A stretch of 64,000 nucleotides of DNA from Bacteroidota bacterium (lineage in GTDB: Bacteria > Bacteroidota > Bacteroidia > Sphingobacteriales > Sphingobacteriaceae), in NCBI GenBank assembly GCA_040390445.1, contig JAZJYI010000008.1, positions 551,994-615,993 of the forward strand, read 5' to 3'. The notes under the pieces are model-generated. The model saw nothing but the letters and a program-made list of their open reading frames with translations, had not been told where the DNA came from and did not search any database. The position numbers were made by a program, and so were the translations under genes. Shown here piece after piece: positions 25,461 to 36,416 of the stretch (the first letter of the stretch is position 1; each line of letters begins with the position of its first letter).

Positions 25461-28400
25461 CTACTTCATTAATTCCCGCTGGATATCAAATAGAAACTCA
25501 AACAGATTTATCTCTGTTGGGATCTGCAACTTTTTACGCAGCCGGTACCTGCTGATCTCTACCCCACGCACAGAAATAGCCATTAACTGGGCAATCTCTT
25601 TACTGGATAGGTTCATGATCAGGTAAGCACACAGTTTTAATTCCTGCTGGTTTATGGTTGGGTAACGGTTTTTTATAATAGTTAAAAAGCCTGCATGTAC
25701 TTTATCAAAATGAATAGAAAACTGTTCCCATTCTTCGTTTATCTTATTCTCTCCGGCTAACAGGCGCAGTATCTTTTTTATCTCGGTGGTTTCAACCATG
25801 TCTTTACCCGATTTTTGCAGGTTCTGCAACTCATCTTTCACCTTAAGCAAAAACTCCTTCTTTTGTACCAGGTTTAATGCCGACGAGGCCAGTTCTGATG
25901 TTTTAAACTCTATCTCAGACTGCAGCATTTCATTTTTAAGTTTCACCACCTCTTTTTCAGAACGTTCAAGTTCAAGCTGATGCAGGTAAGCTATTTGCTT
26001 TTGCTCCTCCTCATTTTTTTGCTGCTGAATAAGTAATTCCTTTTGTTGTTTGATGATGTGGCGTTTTTCCTGTAGTTTATATAAATAATATAGTATGCCT
26101 GCAATAATAACCAAGTATAAAATATACGCCAGTACCGACCCGTACCACGGCGGGTTGATATTAAAAGCATAACACCCTACAGCCGATTCATTGTTTTGAT
26201 GGTTACGTGCCTTTACTTTAAAGGTGTAGCTGCCAGCCGGCAAATTGGTATAATCTTTCTCTGATTTTTTTGACCACGCCGACCACTCCTGATCAAACCC
26301 TTCTAACAGATAGCTGTATTCGGCATTTGATTGCTCTTCGAAAATGGGCGATGAATACTCAAAATGCAACGAACGCCAGCTATATCCAAGTGTTAGCGTA
26401 TTGCTTGCTGTTTGTTTGCCATCATCATTAACATGGCTAAAATAACCACCGTAAAGCACACTATCAGTAACTGAAGTAGCTTTAACCTTGCGGATGTACA
26501 CCTTTAACGGATGTATATTTTGTTTGTATTTAGCGTAGTTAATATGATAAAAACCATTCTCGCTGCCTACAAATATATTGTTGGCATTAATGGGGTAAAC
26601 GTTTTCAAAGCCACTGAGTATGCGGTTATTTAGCTCAGGGAAGTTGATGATGGTTGGGGTTGCAGCATAATCTACCACGCCCAGGCTTTTACCCTGTACA
26701 AACCAGATATTGCCTGATGGGTCTTCTTGCAGGTATCTTAAGCTACGGTCGCCAAATATTTTTTTGAACTGTGCCGATGGTTTAAACCGGTCTGTTTTAG
26801 CATCGTACTCGTAAACGCCTTTTTCGGTAGCTATTACCACACGGCCTTTAACCTTAAATACAAAATTATTTAAGTTTGAAGGTAACCCTTGCGCTGTGGT
26901 GTAGGTTTTGATCTGATCGTTATCAGGGTTTAATTTATATACCCCGCGGTAGGGGTGCGAGGTCCAGATAATATTATCACTATCAACCTGCACAAAACGG
27001 GCCGACTCATAATATTTGGCTACGCTACCTTTATCAATTAACGAGTTGCCCTTGTTTTCAAACAAACGTACGCCATAATAATTACCGGCAGCTATAAGCG
27101 GGGTGCCCGCCTTGTTTTTTAATGGTTGAAATATCCAAAAACCGGTGCTGTTATAAATAGGTGAAAGCTTATCGTTTAAAACTTCAAATATCCCATCATC
27201 GCGGCCAGCCAGTAAATGCCCGTCAACAGCCGCAATGTTCCATGTTTGTCCCTCTGCAACTGCTTTAAAATTACTTTTTAGATAGCTCAGGTCGGTAGTA
27301 CTGCCTACCGGTAGTTGATATGCGCCGTTAGATAAGGCAAAATACAGGTTGTTTTTATATAACGCGGTTGCGTAACCGCCACCATCTTTAAATATTGCGG
27401 GGTTAATATGCTTAACCGCATTGTTATAAGCAATAAAATCTATCCCGTTATCAAGGCCTAACCAAATGTTGCGGTTAATATCGGCATACATACAGCGTAC
27501 AAAAATATTCTGCAAGCCTTCTTTTTTGCCAATATTTTCAATCACATTACCATTTTTATCAATCTGGTAAATACCGTTAATGTAAGTACTCACCAGGTAA
27601 GTGCTATCATTAAGTGCAACCGCTGCCGAAAAATGCTGATGATTATTTACGTTAAAACCACTAAGGTTAAAATACCTGAGTTTATTCCTAGTTAACAGCA
27701 ATAAGCCATTTTTGGCAGTAGTAATTAAGCTTGATGTATCATTGAACTTTGATACCGAGGTCATGTAAAAATCCTTTGGCAGGTCTTTTTTATCTATAAA
27801 AGGTCTCCATATGCTATTGGAATAGGTTAATAAACCCTTTTCTTCATCGTGCGCAATTAGTTTGCCCTGGTAAGTACCCAGGAATAACCATGAATGGGAG
27901 TGATAAACGGTTATTTTATTATCGCTATATCTGATTATCTTATCGTGCGAACGGAAAAACACCTCGTTGCCGTAGCTGGCAATATCCCATATGTCAGAAA
28001 ATTCCTGGTCGGCTTTTGGGATAAGGTTTTTTAATGAGGTAAAAACCAACTGCCCATTTTTAGCCGGCGAAAAATATCCTATCTCATCCTGCCCACCTAC
28101 GTATAGCTTTTTATCGCTCCCAAATTCAAGCGAGCGTACAATAGTTTTATTGGGCAGGGGATATAACTGCCAGTACGAACCATCAAAAACAAGCACCCCT
28201 TCATTATTGGCAAAGTACATACGGCCTTGTGCATCCTGGCGTATTTTCCAGTTTTGGGTGCCCGCATTGTACTGTCTTTTCTCGTAATTTACTGTTTTGC
28301 GCTGGCCAATATAAGTTTGCGGCATTGCATTTTGCATGCATGCAAACAGTAGGGCGGATAGTAATACCCTTAAAAACAGATTTTTATGTTGGTTTAGCAA
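25461..28400 (-). CDS. Beta-propeller/Y_Y_Y periplasmic sensor fused to a cytoplasmic LuxR-type HTH (PUL regulator)
   Basis: Contains propeller repeats, YSYLLEGFD..YTNLPAGSYTFKVKA, a TM helix, a coiled coil and C-terminal ELKLCAYLIMNLSSKEIAQLMAISVRGVEISRYRLRKKL. The start is uncertain; TTG at 28400 was chosen over the ORF-track start at 28493. Confidence 0.85.
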   Translation of the reverse strand: MLNQHKNLFLRVLLSALLFACMQNAMPQTYIGQRKTVNYEKRQYNAGTQNWKIRQDAQGRMYFANNEGVLVFDGSYWQLYPLPNKTIVRSLEFGSDKKLYVGGQDEIGYFSPAKNGQLVFTSLKNLIPKADQEFSDIWDIASYGNEVFFRSHDKIIRYSDNKITVYHSHSWLFLGTYQGKLIAHDEEKGLLTYSNSIWRPFIDKKDLPKDFYMTSVSKFNDTSSLITTAKNGLLLLTRNKLRYFNLSGFNVNNHQHFSAAVALNDSTYLVSTYINGIYQIDKNGNVIENIGKKEGLQNIFVRCMYADINRNIWLGLDNGIDFIAYNNAVKHINPAIFKDGGGYATALYKNNLYFALSNGAYQLPVGSTTDLSYLKSNFKAVAEGQTWNIAAVDGHLLAGRDDGIFEVLNDKLSPIYNSTGFWIFQPLKNKAGTPLIAAGNYYGVRLFENKGNSLIDKGSVAKYYESARFVQVDSDNIIWTSHPYRGVYKLNPDNDQIKTYTTAQGLPSNLNNFVFKVKGRVVIATEKGVYEYDAKTDRFKPSAQFKKIFGDRSLRYLQEDPSGNIWFVQGKSLGVVDYAATPTIINFPELNNRILSGFENVYPINANNIFVGSENGFYHINYAKYKQNIHPLKVYIRKVKATSVTDSVLYGGYFSHVNDDGKQTASNTLTLGYSWRSLHFEYSSPIFEEQSNAEYSYLLEGFDQEWSAWSKKSEKDYTNLPAGSYTFKVKARNHQNNESAVGCYAFNINPPWYGSVLAYILYLVIIAGILYYLYKLQEKRHIIKQQKELLIQQQKNEEEQKQIAYLHQLELERSEKEVVKLKNEMLQSEIEFKTSELASSALNLVQKKEFLLKVKDELQNLQKSGKDMVETTEIKKILRLLAGENKINEEWEQFSIHFDKVHAGFLTIIKNRYPTINQQELKLCAYLIMNLSSKEIAQLMAISVRGVEISRYRLRKKLQIPTEINLFEFLFDIQRELMK

Positions 28401-28461
28401 AATTATAACAGGGTTAATTATTGGTGTACTAATATCCGTGTTTTTAAATGATTTTTCAATG

Positions 28462-28552
28462 TTGTGTAGCAGTGATGTAGTGCTAAATTTCATTTTAGGT
28501 ATTTACCTGCCATACATTTGATACCCATAAACCAATTGCTCCGGCAAAATTA
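28462..28552. promoter_or_regulatory. Divergent promoter region: TGTAG direct repeats plus two opposed TAnnTTTG boxes
   Basis: TTGTGTAG (28462) and TGATGTAG (28473) are 11 bp apart. TACATTTG lies on + at 28513-28520 and TAATTTTG on - at 28545-28552. Confidence 0.5.
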
Positions 28553-28702
28553 TAAACCAATTTAAAACCGTTAACTAATGCTTTAAGCTAAATGTATGAC
28601 TGCGCATTTTTATGCGCGAAAAAATTATGTATGAATAAACTTTACAATTAACCAAAGGTCAACACCAATTAGACCAATTATTTAAATTATCAATCAAACC
28701 TT

Positions 28703-31700
28703 ATGCAATTAAGACTCAAGTTTTTCGTGGGTATTGCTTTGCTCTTATGTTTTGTTAGCCAGGCGGGCTTTGCCCAGTCTCTGCGCCTAACCGGTAAAGT
28801 AACCCAAAAAGCCGACGGACAATCATTGCCCGGCGCTTCAGTAACCATTAAAGGAACAACCACAGGCGTTGTTACAGATGTAAATGGTAATTACAGTTTA
28901 AACCTTCCGCAAAGCGGCGGTACCATAGTGGTATCATTTGTAGGGATGGTATCTGTTGAAAGGCAGGTAACCCAGGCTGGTGTGCAAAACTTCACTTTAG
29001 AAGATAACGTTAACAACGCGTTAAATGAGGTGGTAGTAATTGGTTACGGTACCCAAAAAGTAACCAATATATCTGGTGCTATATCGGTAGTTAAAAGTTC
29101 CGATATCAAAAAACTGAACGCGGTACGCGCAGAAGAAGCCTTACAAGGCCTGGCATCGGGTGTAACGGTTATACAATCGGGTTCGCCGGGCGCTAAACCA
29201 ACTGTGTTGATAAGGGGGATCCCTTCATTCTCTGGTAACGACCCAATAGTTGTTGTTGATGGTTCGATACAAACCATGGATGATCTGAATGCCATAAACC
29301 CAACAGATATTGAGTCTATCAACCTGCTCAAAGACGCTGCAACCACAGCCATTTATGGTGTAAAAGGTGGTAATGGGGTTATCGTGGTAACTACCAAATC
29401 GGGCAGGAGAAATCAAAAAACCGAGTTTTCGGTAAATTCTAATTACGGTGTACAACAAGTGGCGCGTACCGTTGGTGTTTTAAACGCAAGCGAATACGCT
29501 GCCATCATTAACGAAGGTAGTGTAACGTCAGGCGGAAGCCCAATCTTCACGGATCTTAGCAATATTGGTGTAGGCACCAACTGGCAGGATCAGGTTTTTA
29601 AAACCGCGCCCATGCAGTCGCACAATATATCGGCCCGTGGTGGTGGCGAAAAAATGTCGTACTTTTTATCAGCCGGTTATTTAAGCCAGGGTGGTATAAT
29701 TGGCGGATACGATAAATCGCATTTTAACCGCGGTACATTTACAGCCAACTTAAATTTCGACTTGACCTCAAAGCTGAAGTTTATACTAAACACCAGCGGT
29801 ATGATAACCAATTCAAAAGGTGTTGCAGAAAATTCATTCAATAGTATTTTAGGTAATGCAATAAACTTTGACCCAACAGTACCCATTTACAATACCGACC
29901 CAAGTGTTGTTAGTAAATATGGCTATAGTAACCTCATCTTATCTGAAGTTGATAACCCGCTTACAAAACTTGATAATACCTTCAATAACTACAATGGCAA
30001 CAAGCTTTTCGGAAAATTTGAAGCACAGTATGATATTATCAAAGGGCTTAAAGTAAGCAGCAGGTTTGGTTACACCAAGTACGATGATAACTCCCGATCA
30101 TTTACCCCGCTGGTATTTTACGGGCCGCTGAATGTTGAAAATGGCCTTGATGCATCAGGTAACCCTATAGCCGATCGCCATAACAACGTAGCGCAAAGCA
30201 AATACAGCAATTTTAACTACACATGGGAAAACTTTGCCAACTATAACTTTAACATTAATCAGGTTCATCATTTTGAAACGGTGTTAGGTTTTTCAATGGC
30301 GAAAACTACCGGTAATACCATGAATGTTAGCAGGCAGGATGTACCCTTTAATTCATGGACTTTTGCAGATTACTCTGCAGCTACAGGTACAAACAGTGCC
30401 GATAACCCAAATGCGCAATCGGGCGGATATTACCAGGGTTTCAGGAAAAACCTGTCGTATTTTGGTCGTGTAAATTACGATTATAACGATAAGTACCTGG
30501 CTTCCTTCTCGGCGCGCCGTGATGGGTCGTTTGCATTTGGTAAAAACAACAAATTTGCTAATTTCTTCGCAGGTTCATTAGGCTGGGTAGTTACCAAGGA
30601 GAATTTCTTCCAGTCTGATCTGATAGATTTCTTAAAGATAAGGGGTAGCTACGGTTCATCCGGTAACGAGAACACCGACCCGCAAACGATCAAGATAGCT
30701 ACCGGTGGCCCTGATTATGGCCCTACGGCAAATAGTAATGGCTACAATTTTAATAATGTGTTTTATCCGGGATCAACAGTTGCATCATCACGTAATGATA
30801 ATTTGGCCTGGGAGCGGCAGCTGCAAAGTAACGTTGGTTTTGATATAACTTTATTAAAAGGCAAACTATCTATATCGGCCGATTATTATCAGAAAAAAGT
30901 TAACGGTTTGCTTTTTAAACCAACGGGGTCATTATACGCAGTAGGTACGGCTCAAATTCCTGATGGAAATATAGGGTCAACCAAAAGCAGCGGTTTTGAT
31001 ATAACCGTGGCTTATAACCAAACCATCGGCGATGGTTTTAAATTAAACAACTCGTTTAATATTACTACCGTTAAAAATATGGTTACTGCAACTAATGCCG
31101 ATGGTACCGCAAAATATACAGGCGGAGGGTTTTTTAATGGCCAGCCGCAAACGGTAACAGTTTTTGAAAAAGGCCAAACGCCAGGCTATTTTTATGGCTA
31201 CAAAACAGATGGTTTATTCCAAACTGTTGCAGAAATTGCAGCAGCCCCTACGCAAGCAGGTGCGCGGCCGGGCGATATACGCTTTGTTGATACCAATAAA
31301 GATGGTGTAATAAATGCCGATGACCAGGTTAAAATTGGCGATCCTTTTCCTAACATGACCCTGGGATGGAACCTGAGTATGTCATATAAAGGGTTTGATT
31401 TTAGCGCATTAACGTACGCGTCGTTAGGTAATGATATTTACAGAGCGTATGAGCGTAACGCTAACTACAATAATAAATTCCGTAGTGTTTTAGCAAGGTG
31501 GACCGGCCCGGGTACCACTAACGATGCACGCTACCCACGCTATTCATTTACCGATGATAATAGCAACATCCGCGTATCTGACAGGTATGTGGAAAATGGC
31601 TCATTTGTAAAAGTAAAAAACCTGCAACTTGGCTACACCTTCCCTAAATCGATATTGAAAAATGTTTTCAGGAGCGTGAGGATCTATGCACAGGTTAAAA

Positions 31701-31831
31701 ATGCATTCACTATTACAAAGTACACAGGTTTTGATCCTGAAATTTCAGGGGGTGTATTTGATACAGGTGTTGACCGCGGCGCTTATCCGCTTGCGCGCAT
31801 CTACTCTGTGGGTTTAGATATTAACTTATAA
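28703..31831 (+). CDS. susC: SusC/RagA TonB-dependent transporter
   Basis: Motifs VVVIGYGTQ and LKDAATTAIYGVKGGNGVIVVTTK; SusD follows. Confidence 0.95.
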   Translation: MQLRLKFFVGIALLLCFVSQAGFAQSLRLTGKVTQKADGQSLPGASVTIKGTTTGVVTDVNGNYSLNLPQSGGTIVVSFVGMVSVERQVTQAGVQNFTLEDNVNNALNEVVVIGYGTQKVTNISGAISVVKSSDIKKLNAVRAEEALQGLASGVTVIQSGSPGAKPTVLIRGIPSFSGNDPIVVVDGSIQTMDDLNAINPTDIESINLLKDAATTAIYGVKGGNGVIVVTTKSGRRNQKTEFSVNSNYGVQQVARTVGVLNASEYAAIINEGSVTSGGSPIFTDLSNIGVGTNWQDQVFKTAPMQSHNISARGGGEKMSYFLSAGYLSQGGIIGGYDKSHFNRGTFTANLNFDLTSKLKFILNTSGMITNSKGVAENSFNSILGNAINFDPTVPIYNTDPSVVSKYGYSNLILSEVDNPLTKLDNTFNNYNGNKLFGKFEAQYDIIKGLKVSSRFGYTKYDDNSRSFTPLVFYGPLNVENGLDASGNPIADRHNNVAQSKYSNFNYTWENFANYNFNINQVHHFETVLGFSMAKTTGNTMNVSRQDVPFNSWTFADYSAATGTNSADNPNAQSGGYYQGFRKNLSYFGRVNYDYNDKYLASFSARRDGSFAFGKNNKFANFFAGSLGWVVTKENFFQSDLIDFLKIRGSYGSSGNENTDPQTIKIATGGPDYGPTANSNGYNFNNVFYPGSTVASSRNDNLAWERQLQSNVGFDITLLKGKLSISADYYQKKVNGLLFKPTGSLYAVGTAQIPDGNIGSTKSSGFDITVAYNQTIGDGFKLNNSFNITTVKNMVTATNADGTAKYTGGGFFNGQPQTVTVFEKGQTPGYFYGYKTDGLFQTVAEIAAAPTQAGARPGDIRFVDTNKDGVINADDQVKIGDPFPNMTLGWNLSMSYKGFDFSALTYASLGNDIYRAYERNANYNNKFRSVLARWTGPGTTNDARYPRYSFTDDNSNIRVSDRYVENGSFVKVKNLQLGYTFPKSILKNVFRSVRIYAQVKNAFTITKYTGFDPEISGGVFDTGVDRGAYPLARIYSVGLDINL

Positions 31832-31851
31832 TTCGTTTTTAATACAAGAAA

Positions 31852-33390
31852 ATGAAAAAGATATATATAAAGATAATTGGTATTGTTGCTATTGCAGCTG
31901 TACTAGGCTCGTGCAAAAAGTTTGTGGATTATAACCCACATGATAGTTTCACTGTTACCGACCTGGATTACTTAAAGTCAGAAAGCGATTACCGTACCAT
32001 GGCAATAAGTACATATACGCCGATACAATGGTTAAACCAGGTGGTTGTTATTGGCGATATTGCTTCTGATAACTCAGTAGCGGGCGGCGAAAGCGCGTCG
32101 GACGTTTTGCCTTTACAGCAAATTGATGACTTTTCATTAACCTCAGTAAACTCAACACTGCAGGATTTGTGGCAGGTTGCTTATGAAGGCGTTAATCGTA
32201 CAAATTACCTGTTACAGTATAAGGATAAAAACCCCGGCGGGCAGGTTGTTGATTTTGCAGGCAAGGAGGCACTTTACGGAGAGGTTAAATTTTTACGCGC
32301 TTATTACTACTTTACTTTGGTGAAAATGTGGGGCGATGTACCCTTCTTTATTGACAGACGCCTTGGTGTAAGCGATTCAAGGAGTTTACAAAGGTCGCCT
32401 AAGGCAGAGGTTTATGCCCAGGTAGAAAAAGACCTGAATGAGGCTATTGCCGTTTTGCCACCAACACAAACCGAAAAAGGCAGGGTAACCAAGTATGCTG
32501 CACAAGCTTTATTAGGTAAAGTTTATTTGTACGAGAATAAATTTGACGCCGCAGCTTCGGTGCTTGAACCGGTTATTACATCAAATGCGTACAGTTTGGT
32601 AAGCGATTTTGCATCAATGTACCTGGCGGCTGGCGAAAATGGCCCTGAGTCGGTGTTTGAAATACAATATACAAATGGCTCACCTTATTACAACTGGGGC
32701 GGTACAACCCGTGGCCAGGGTAACTATGCGGTTCAGCAAAATGGGGTGCGTGGTATTTCTGGCGGTGCTGCCGATATGCCTTATGCAGCAGGGTGGAGTA
32801 CAAACTTGCCAACACAAAGTTTAGCCGCTGCATATGCCGCCGGCGATCAGCGAAAAGATGCGACCTTATTAGACATGGAAGCATATAAAATAGCGTATAA
32901 TGCTGCCCATCCGGAGCTCCCTGATAATCAAAAACTGAAATATCAGGTAGCGCCATATAAAAACACAGGGTTTTATAATAAAAAATACCTGCCGCGTAAA
33001 GGCGAAACATCAGGCCAGATAGAGCTGAATTACCTGAACAATTTTAGGGTTTTAAGATATGCTGATGTATTGCTGATGGCTGCCGAAGCAAATAACCGTG
33101 CAACTGCACCAAATGATACCAAGGCACAGGATTACCTGAACCGTGTACGTCATCGTGCATTTAATGATGACCTGCACAATGTAGCAGCCTCGGGTACTAC
33201 ATTAAAACAAGCTATTTGGGACGAACGCAGGCTGGAACTGGCCATGGACGGCGACCGCTTTTTTGACCTGGTTAGAACCGGGCAGGCTGCCACCAAACTT
33301 ACTGGCTTTGTAACCGGTAAGCATGAACTGTTCCCTATACCGCAGCAAGAAATTTTGATTTCTAACCTGGCACAAAACCCAGGCTACTAA
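31852..33390 (+). CDS. susD: SusD/RagB surface lipoprotein
   Basis: Lipobox LGSC; motifs FLRAYYYFTLV..WGDVP, LRYADVLLMAAEA and ERRLELAMDGDRFFDLVR. Confidence 0.95.
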   Translation: MKKIYIKIIGIVAIAAVLGSCKKFVDYNPHDSFTVTDLDYLKSESDYRTMAISTYTPIQWLNQVVVIGDIASDNSVAGGESASDVLPLQQIDDFSLTSVNSTLQDLWQVAYEGVNRTNYLLQYKDKNPGGQVVDFAGKEALYGEVKFLRAYYYFTLVKMWGDVPFFIDRRLGVSDSRSLQRSPKAEVYAQVEKDLNEAIAVLPPTQTEKGRVTKYAAQALLGKVYLYENKFDAAASVLEPVITSNAYSLVSDFASMYLAAGENGPESVFEIQYTNGSPYYNWGGTTRGQGNYAVQQNGVRGISGGAADMPYAAGWSTNLPTQSLAAAYAAGDQRKDATLLDMEAYKIAYNAAHPELPDNQKLKYQVAPYKNTGFYNKKYLPRKGETSGQIELNYLNNFRVLRYADVLLMAAEANNRATAPNDTKAQDYLNRVRHRAFNDDLHNVAASGTTLKQAIWDERRLELAMDGDRFFDLVRTGQAATKLTGFVTGKHELFPIPQQEILISNLAQNPGY

Positions 33391-33409
33391 ACCTTAAAAA
33401 ATTAAGATA

Positions 33410-35500
33410 ATGAAAGCAATAAAATATTTTTTAAGCATATCCTTGCTACTGGCTGTTATTACAGGTTGTAAAAAGGAGAAGTTTGATGATACATCGTTTG
33501 TTAATAACGGGGTATCCGATCCGGCAAAGTTGTCGGTATTATTTAACATCACGCAGGATAATACAGGGTTAGTTACTATTTTCCCATCGGGAGAGGGTGC
33601 AATTATCTATGATGTTTATTATGGCGACGGTACCGAAAGCTTTGTTAAAGTAGGCGCGGGTAAAAACACCCAGCATACTTATAAAGAGGGCGTTTATACT
33701 GTAAAGATAGTAGGCCATGGTATTAACGGTAAAACTACCGAATTAACCCAGGAGCTTACCGTATCGTTTAAAGCCCCTGAAAACCTAAAGACAACCATTA
33801 CTACTAATGGCTTAACAGTTAGTGTTGGTGCAACTGCCGATTATGAAACCATGTTTCATGTATATTATGGTGATGAAACATCAACCAACCCCGAGCCTTA
33901 TGATTCGTTCCTGGAAAAGCAAACGGCCACGCATACTTATGCAGCTGCCGGTAGTTATGTAATAAGGGTGGTTGCCTTAAGCGGTGGTGTTGCAACAACC
34001 ACACACGAGGAAACCATTAAAGTAGGTAAACAGATAGACCTGCCTTTAACCTTTGATGACCCTAACTATGATTACACCACCAGCGATTTTGGTGGTAACA
34101 TATCAAGCGTTGCTGCCGATCCGGCTAATGCTGCAAACAAGGTTTTAAAAGTTATTAAACCGGGTGGTGCCGAAGTTTGGGCAGGTACCACGTTAGGTAC
34201 AGCAACAGGCTTTGCAACCAAAGTAGCTATAACTGCTGCCAATTCAAAAATGACAGTGCGTGTTTACTCGCCTGCTGCAGGTTTAACTATGAAATTGAAA
34301 TTAGAAGACCATAATGTTGGTGCAAATGCTGTTGAAACAGATGCTGTAACTACAGTAGCCAATGCATGGGAAACCTTAACATTTGATTTTAATAATAATT
34401 CTGCCGGTACACCAGCTTTAAACCCAGCATTTACTTACGACAAGGCCTCTATGTTCTTTGACTTTAATGTTGGTGGAAGTGGCAAGGTGTTTTATATGGA
34501 TGATCTGAAAATGACCGTTCCTATCCAAAAGATCAGTCTTCCGGTAACATTTGATGCCCCAAATACAGATTACACTGTAATTGATTTTGGTAATAACGTT
34601 ACCATTGATGCTGTTGACCCAACCAACCCGGCCAACAAGGTTAAGAAGACCACCAAGCCGGGTGGTGCCGAAACCTGGGCAGGCGTTACCATTGGCACAG
34701 CGGCGGGCTTCCCAACCAAAATACCGGTAACAGCAGATTTTGCTCAAATGAGCCTGCGGGTTTATTCGCCTGCGGCGGGTTTAACTATCAAATTGAAAAT
34801 TGAAGATCATGCCGATGGCTCCAAAGCTGTTGAAACTGATGCGGTGACAACTGTTGCTAACCAATGGGAGACTTTAACCTTTAACTTTCTGAATAACTCT
34901 GCAGGTACCCCGGCATTTAACCCGGCATCCAATTACGATAAGGCTTCGGTGTTTTTCGACTTTAACGTAGCCGGCTCGGGCAAAGTATTCTATTGGGATG
35001 ATCTGAAATTAGTACCGGCGCCATCTTCTGTTTTGGGTATCCCGCTCGATTTTCAATCAACAACCCTTAACTACGCCTTTACCGATTTTGATGGTGGTAC
35101 AGTTACTATCGTAAATAATCCAAATGCTTCAGGCATCAACACCAGTACAAAAGTTGTTAAAATGGTTAAAAACCCAGGGGCAACTTATGGTGGTAGTTTC
35201 CTGGCATTAGATAACCCGATAGATTTCTCGACCAAGAAAACCTTTAAAATGAAAGTGTATTCACCAAGGGTAGGTGCTAAGGTATTGTTAAAGGTAGAGA
35301 ACCTGACCAACGGTGGCATCAGCTTTGAAAAAGAGATGACTACCACTAAAGCAAACGAGTGGGAAGAATTAACCTTTGATTATTCCGCCATCAACACAGC
35401 TAACTCTTACCAAAAAGTGGTGCTGATATTTGATAACGGTACATCGGGTGATGGCTCGGCCAACTATACTTTCTATTTAGATGATATCACACTTAATTAA
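33410..35500 (+). CDS. Surface glycan-binding lipoprotein with PKD-like domains and three tandem CBM-like modules
   Basis: Lipobox ITGC; two PKD-like segments; three modules of about 160 aa, each with VYSP..G and WE.LTF. Confidence 0.8.
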   Translation: MKAIKYFLSISLLLAVITGCKKEKFDDTSFVNNGVSDPAKLSVLFNITQDNTGLVTIFPSGEGAIIYDVYYGDGTESFVKVGAGKNTQHTYKEGVYTVKIVGHGINGKTTELTQELTVSFKAPENLKTTITTNGLTVSVGATADYETMFHVYYGDETSTNPEPYDSFLEKQTATHTYAAAGSYVIRVVALSGGVATTTHEETIKVGKQIDLPLTFDDPNYDYTTSDFGGNISSVAADPANAANKVLKVIKPGGAEVWAGTTLGTATGFATKVAITAANSKMTVRVYSPAAGLTMKLKLEDHNVGANAVETDAVTTVANAWETLTFDFNNNSAGTPALNPAFTYDKASMFFDFNVGGSGKVFYMDDLKMTVPIQKISLPVTFDAPNTDYTVIDFGNNVTIDAVDPTNPANKVKKTTKPGGAETWAGVTIGTAAGFPTKIPVTADFAQMSLRVYSPAAGLTIKLKIEDHADGSKAVETDAVTTVANQWETLTFNFLNNSAGTPAFNPASNYDKASVFFDFNVAGSGKVFYWDDLKLVPAPSSVLGIPLDFQSTTLNYAFTDFDGGTVTIVNNPNASGINTSTKVVKMVKNPGATYGGSFLALDNPIDFSTKKTFKMKVYSPRVGAKVLLKVENLTNGGISFEKEMTTTKANEWEELTFDYSAINTANSYQKVVLIFDNGTSGDGSANYTFYLDDITLN
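34030..35497 (+). repeat. Intragenic triplication of a module of about 490 bp
   Basis: Modules 1 and 2 share long identical runs (VYSPAAGLT, AVETDAVTTVAN, NNSAGTPA, YDKAS, SGKVFY); module 3 is more diverged. Boundaries are approximate. Confidence 0.75.
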
Positions 35501-35511
35501 TTTATAGAGCG

Positions 35512-36408
35512 ATGAAAATTAATATAAAAGCATTAATAACCATCTGTTTAGCAGCCGTTATAATTGTAATTGGCTGTAAAAAACAAGACTACTCCTTCGG
35601 TAAAATAGTTACTCCGAAGGATTTAACCCTCGCAACCGTTATTGAAGGGGCAGATGATGCAAACCCCGATGGGGCGGGTTCTGGTAACGTTACCATTAAA
35701 ACATCGGCTACTGATGCCATTTCTTACAAAATTGATTTTGGCGACGGTAGTGACACAAAAATAGTAAGCGATGGCAACCTGGTGCATAAATACGGCAACC
35801 CGGGCACTAACGATTACACTATCGTAGTTAGTGCTATAGGTACCGGTGGCGTAACCACAACTACTGCCAAAAAGATAACGGTTTTTGTGGCGTTTGAAAT
35901 TCCGGAGGAAATTATGCAAGGTTTAACCAATGGTACTGCACAAACCTGGGTGATTGACCGCCTTACGCCCGGCCATGTTGGTGTAGGCCCTGCCGATGGT
36001 TATACCTCAAGTTATTATAGCGCAGCACCTAATGAACGCGCAGAATGTTTGTATGATGATGAGATAACCTTTACTAAGGATGGTGGCACCATTAATATGA
36101 CTATAAATAATAAAGGGCAGTCGTTCTTTGTAGCAGCTGCTACTGCATTCTACGGTAAATCGGGGGGCGATAATTGTTACGATCTTGACGTTACAGGTAC
36201 TAAAAAACTTGTATTTATGGATGCTACGTCGGGCTCAACTTCGGCAAACTCTACCCGTATACAATTTATAGTACCGGGTAATGGGCTTATAGCGTTTGGT
36301 ACAGGTGGTAACACTTACGAAATAATGGAACTTTCCGAAACAGCCATTACCCTGCGTTGTATGAGTATAGATGGCCTTGCGTGGTATCAGAAATTTAAAG
36401 TTAAATAA
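35512..36408 (+). CDS. PKD-domain PUL lipoprotein
   Basis: Lipobox VIGC; PKD-like YKIDFGDG..HKYG; C-terminal domain with HVGVGP and AWYQKF. Confidence 0.75.
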   Translation: MKINIKALITICLAAVIIVIGCKKQDYSFGKIVTPKDLTLATVIEGADDANPDGAGSGNVTIKTSATDAISYKIDFGDGSDTKIVSDGNLVHKYGNPGTNDYTIVVSAIGTGGVTTTTAKKITVFVAFEIPEEIMQGLTNGTAQTWVIDRLTPGHVGVGPADGYTSSYYSAAPNERAECLYDDEITFTKDGGTINMTINNKGQSFFVAAATAFYGKSGGDNCYDLDVTGTKKLVFMDATSGSTSANSTRIQFIVPGNGLIAFGTGGNTYEIMELSETAITLRCMSIDGLAWYQKFKVK

Positions 36409-36416
36409 TCAAAGAT

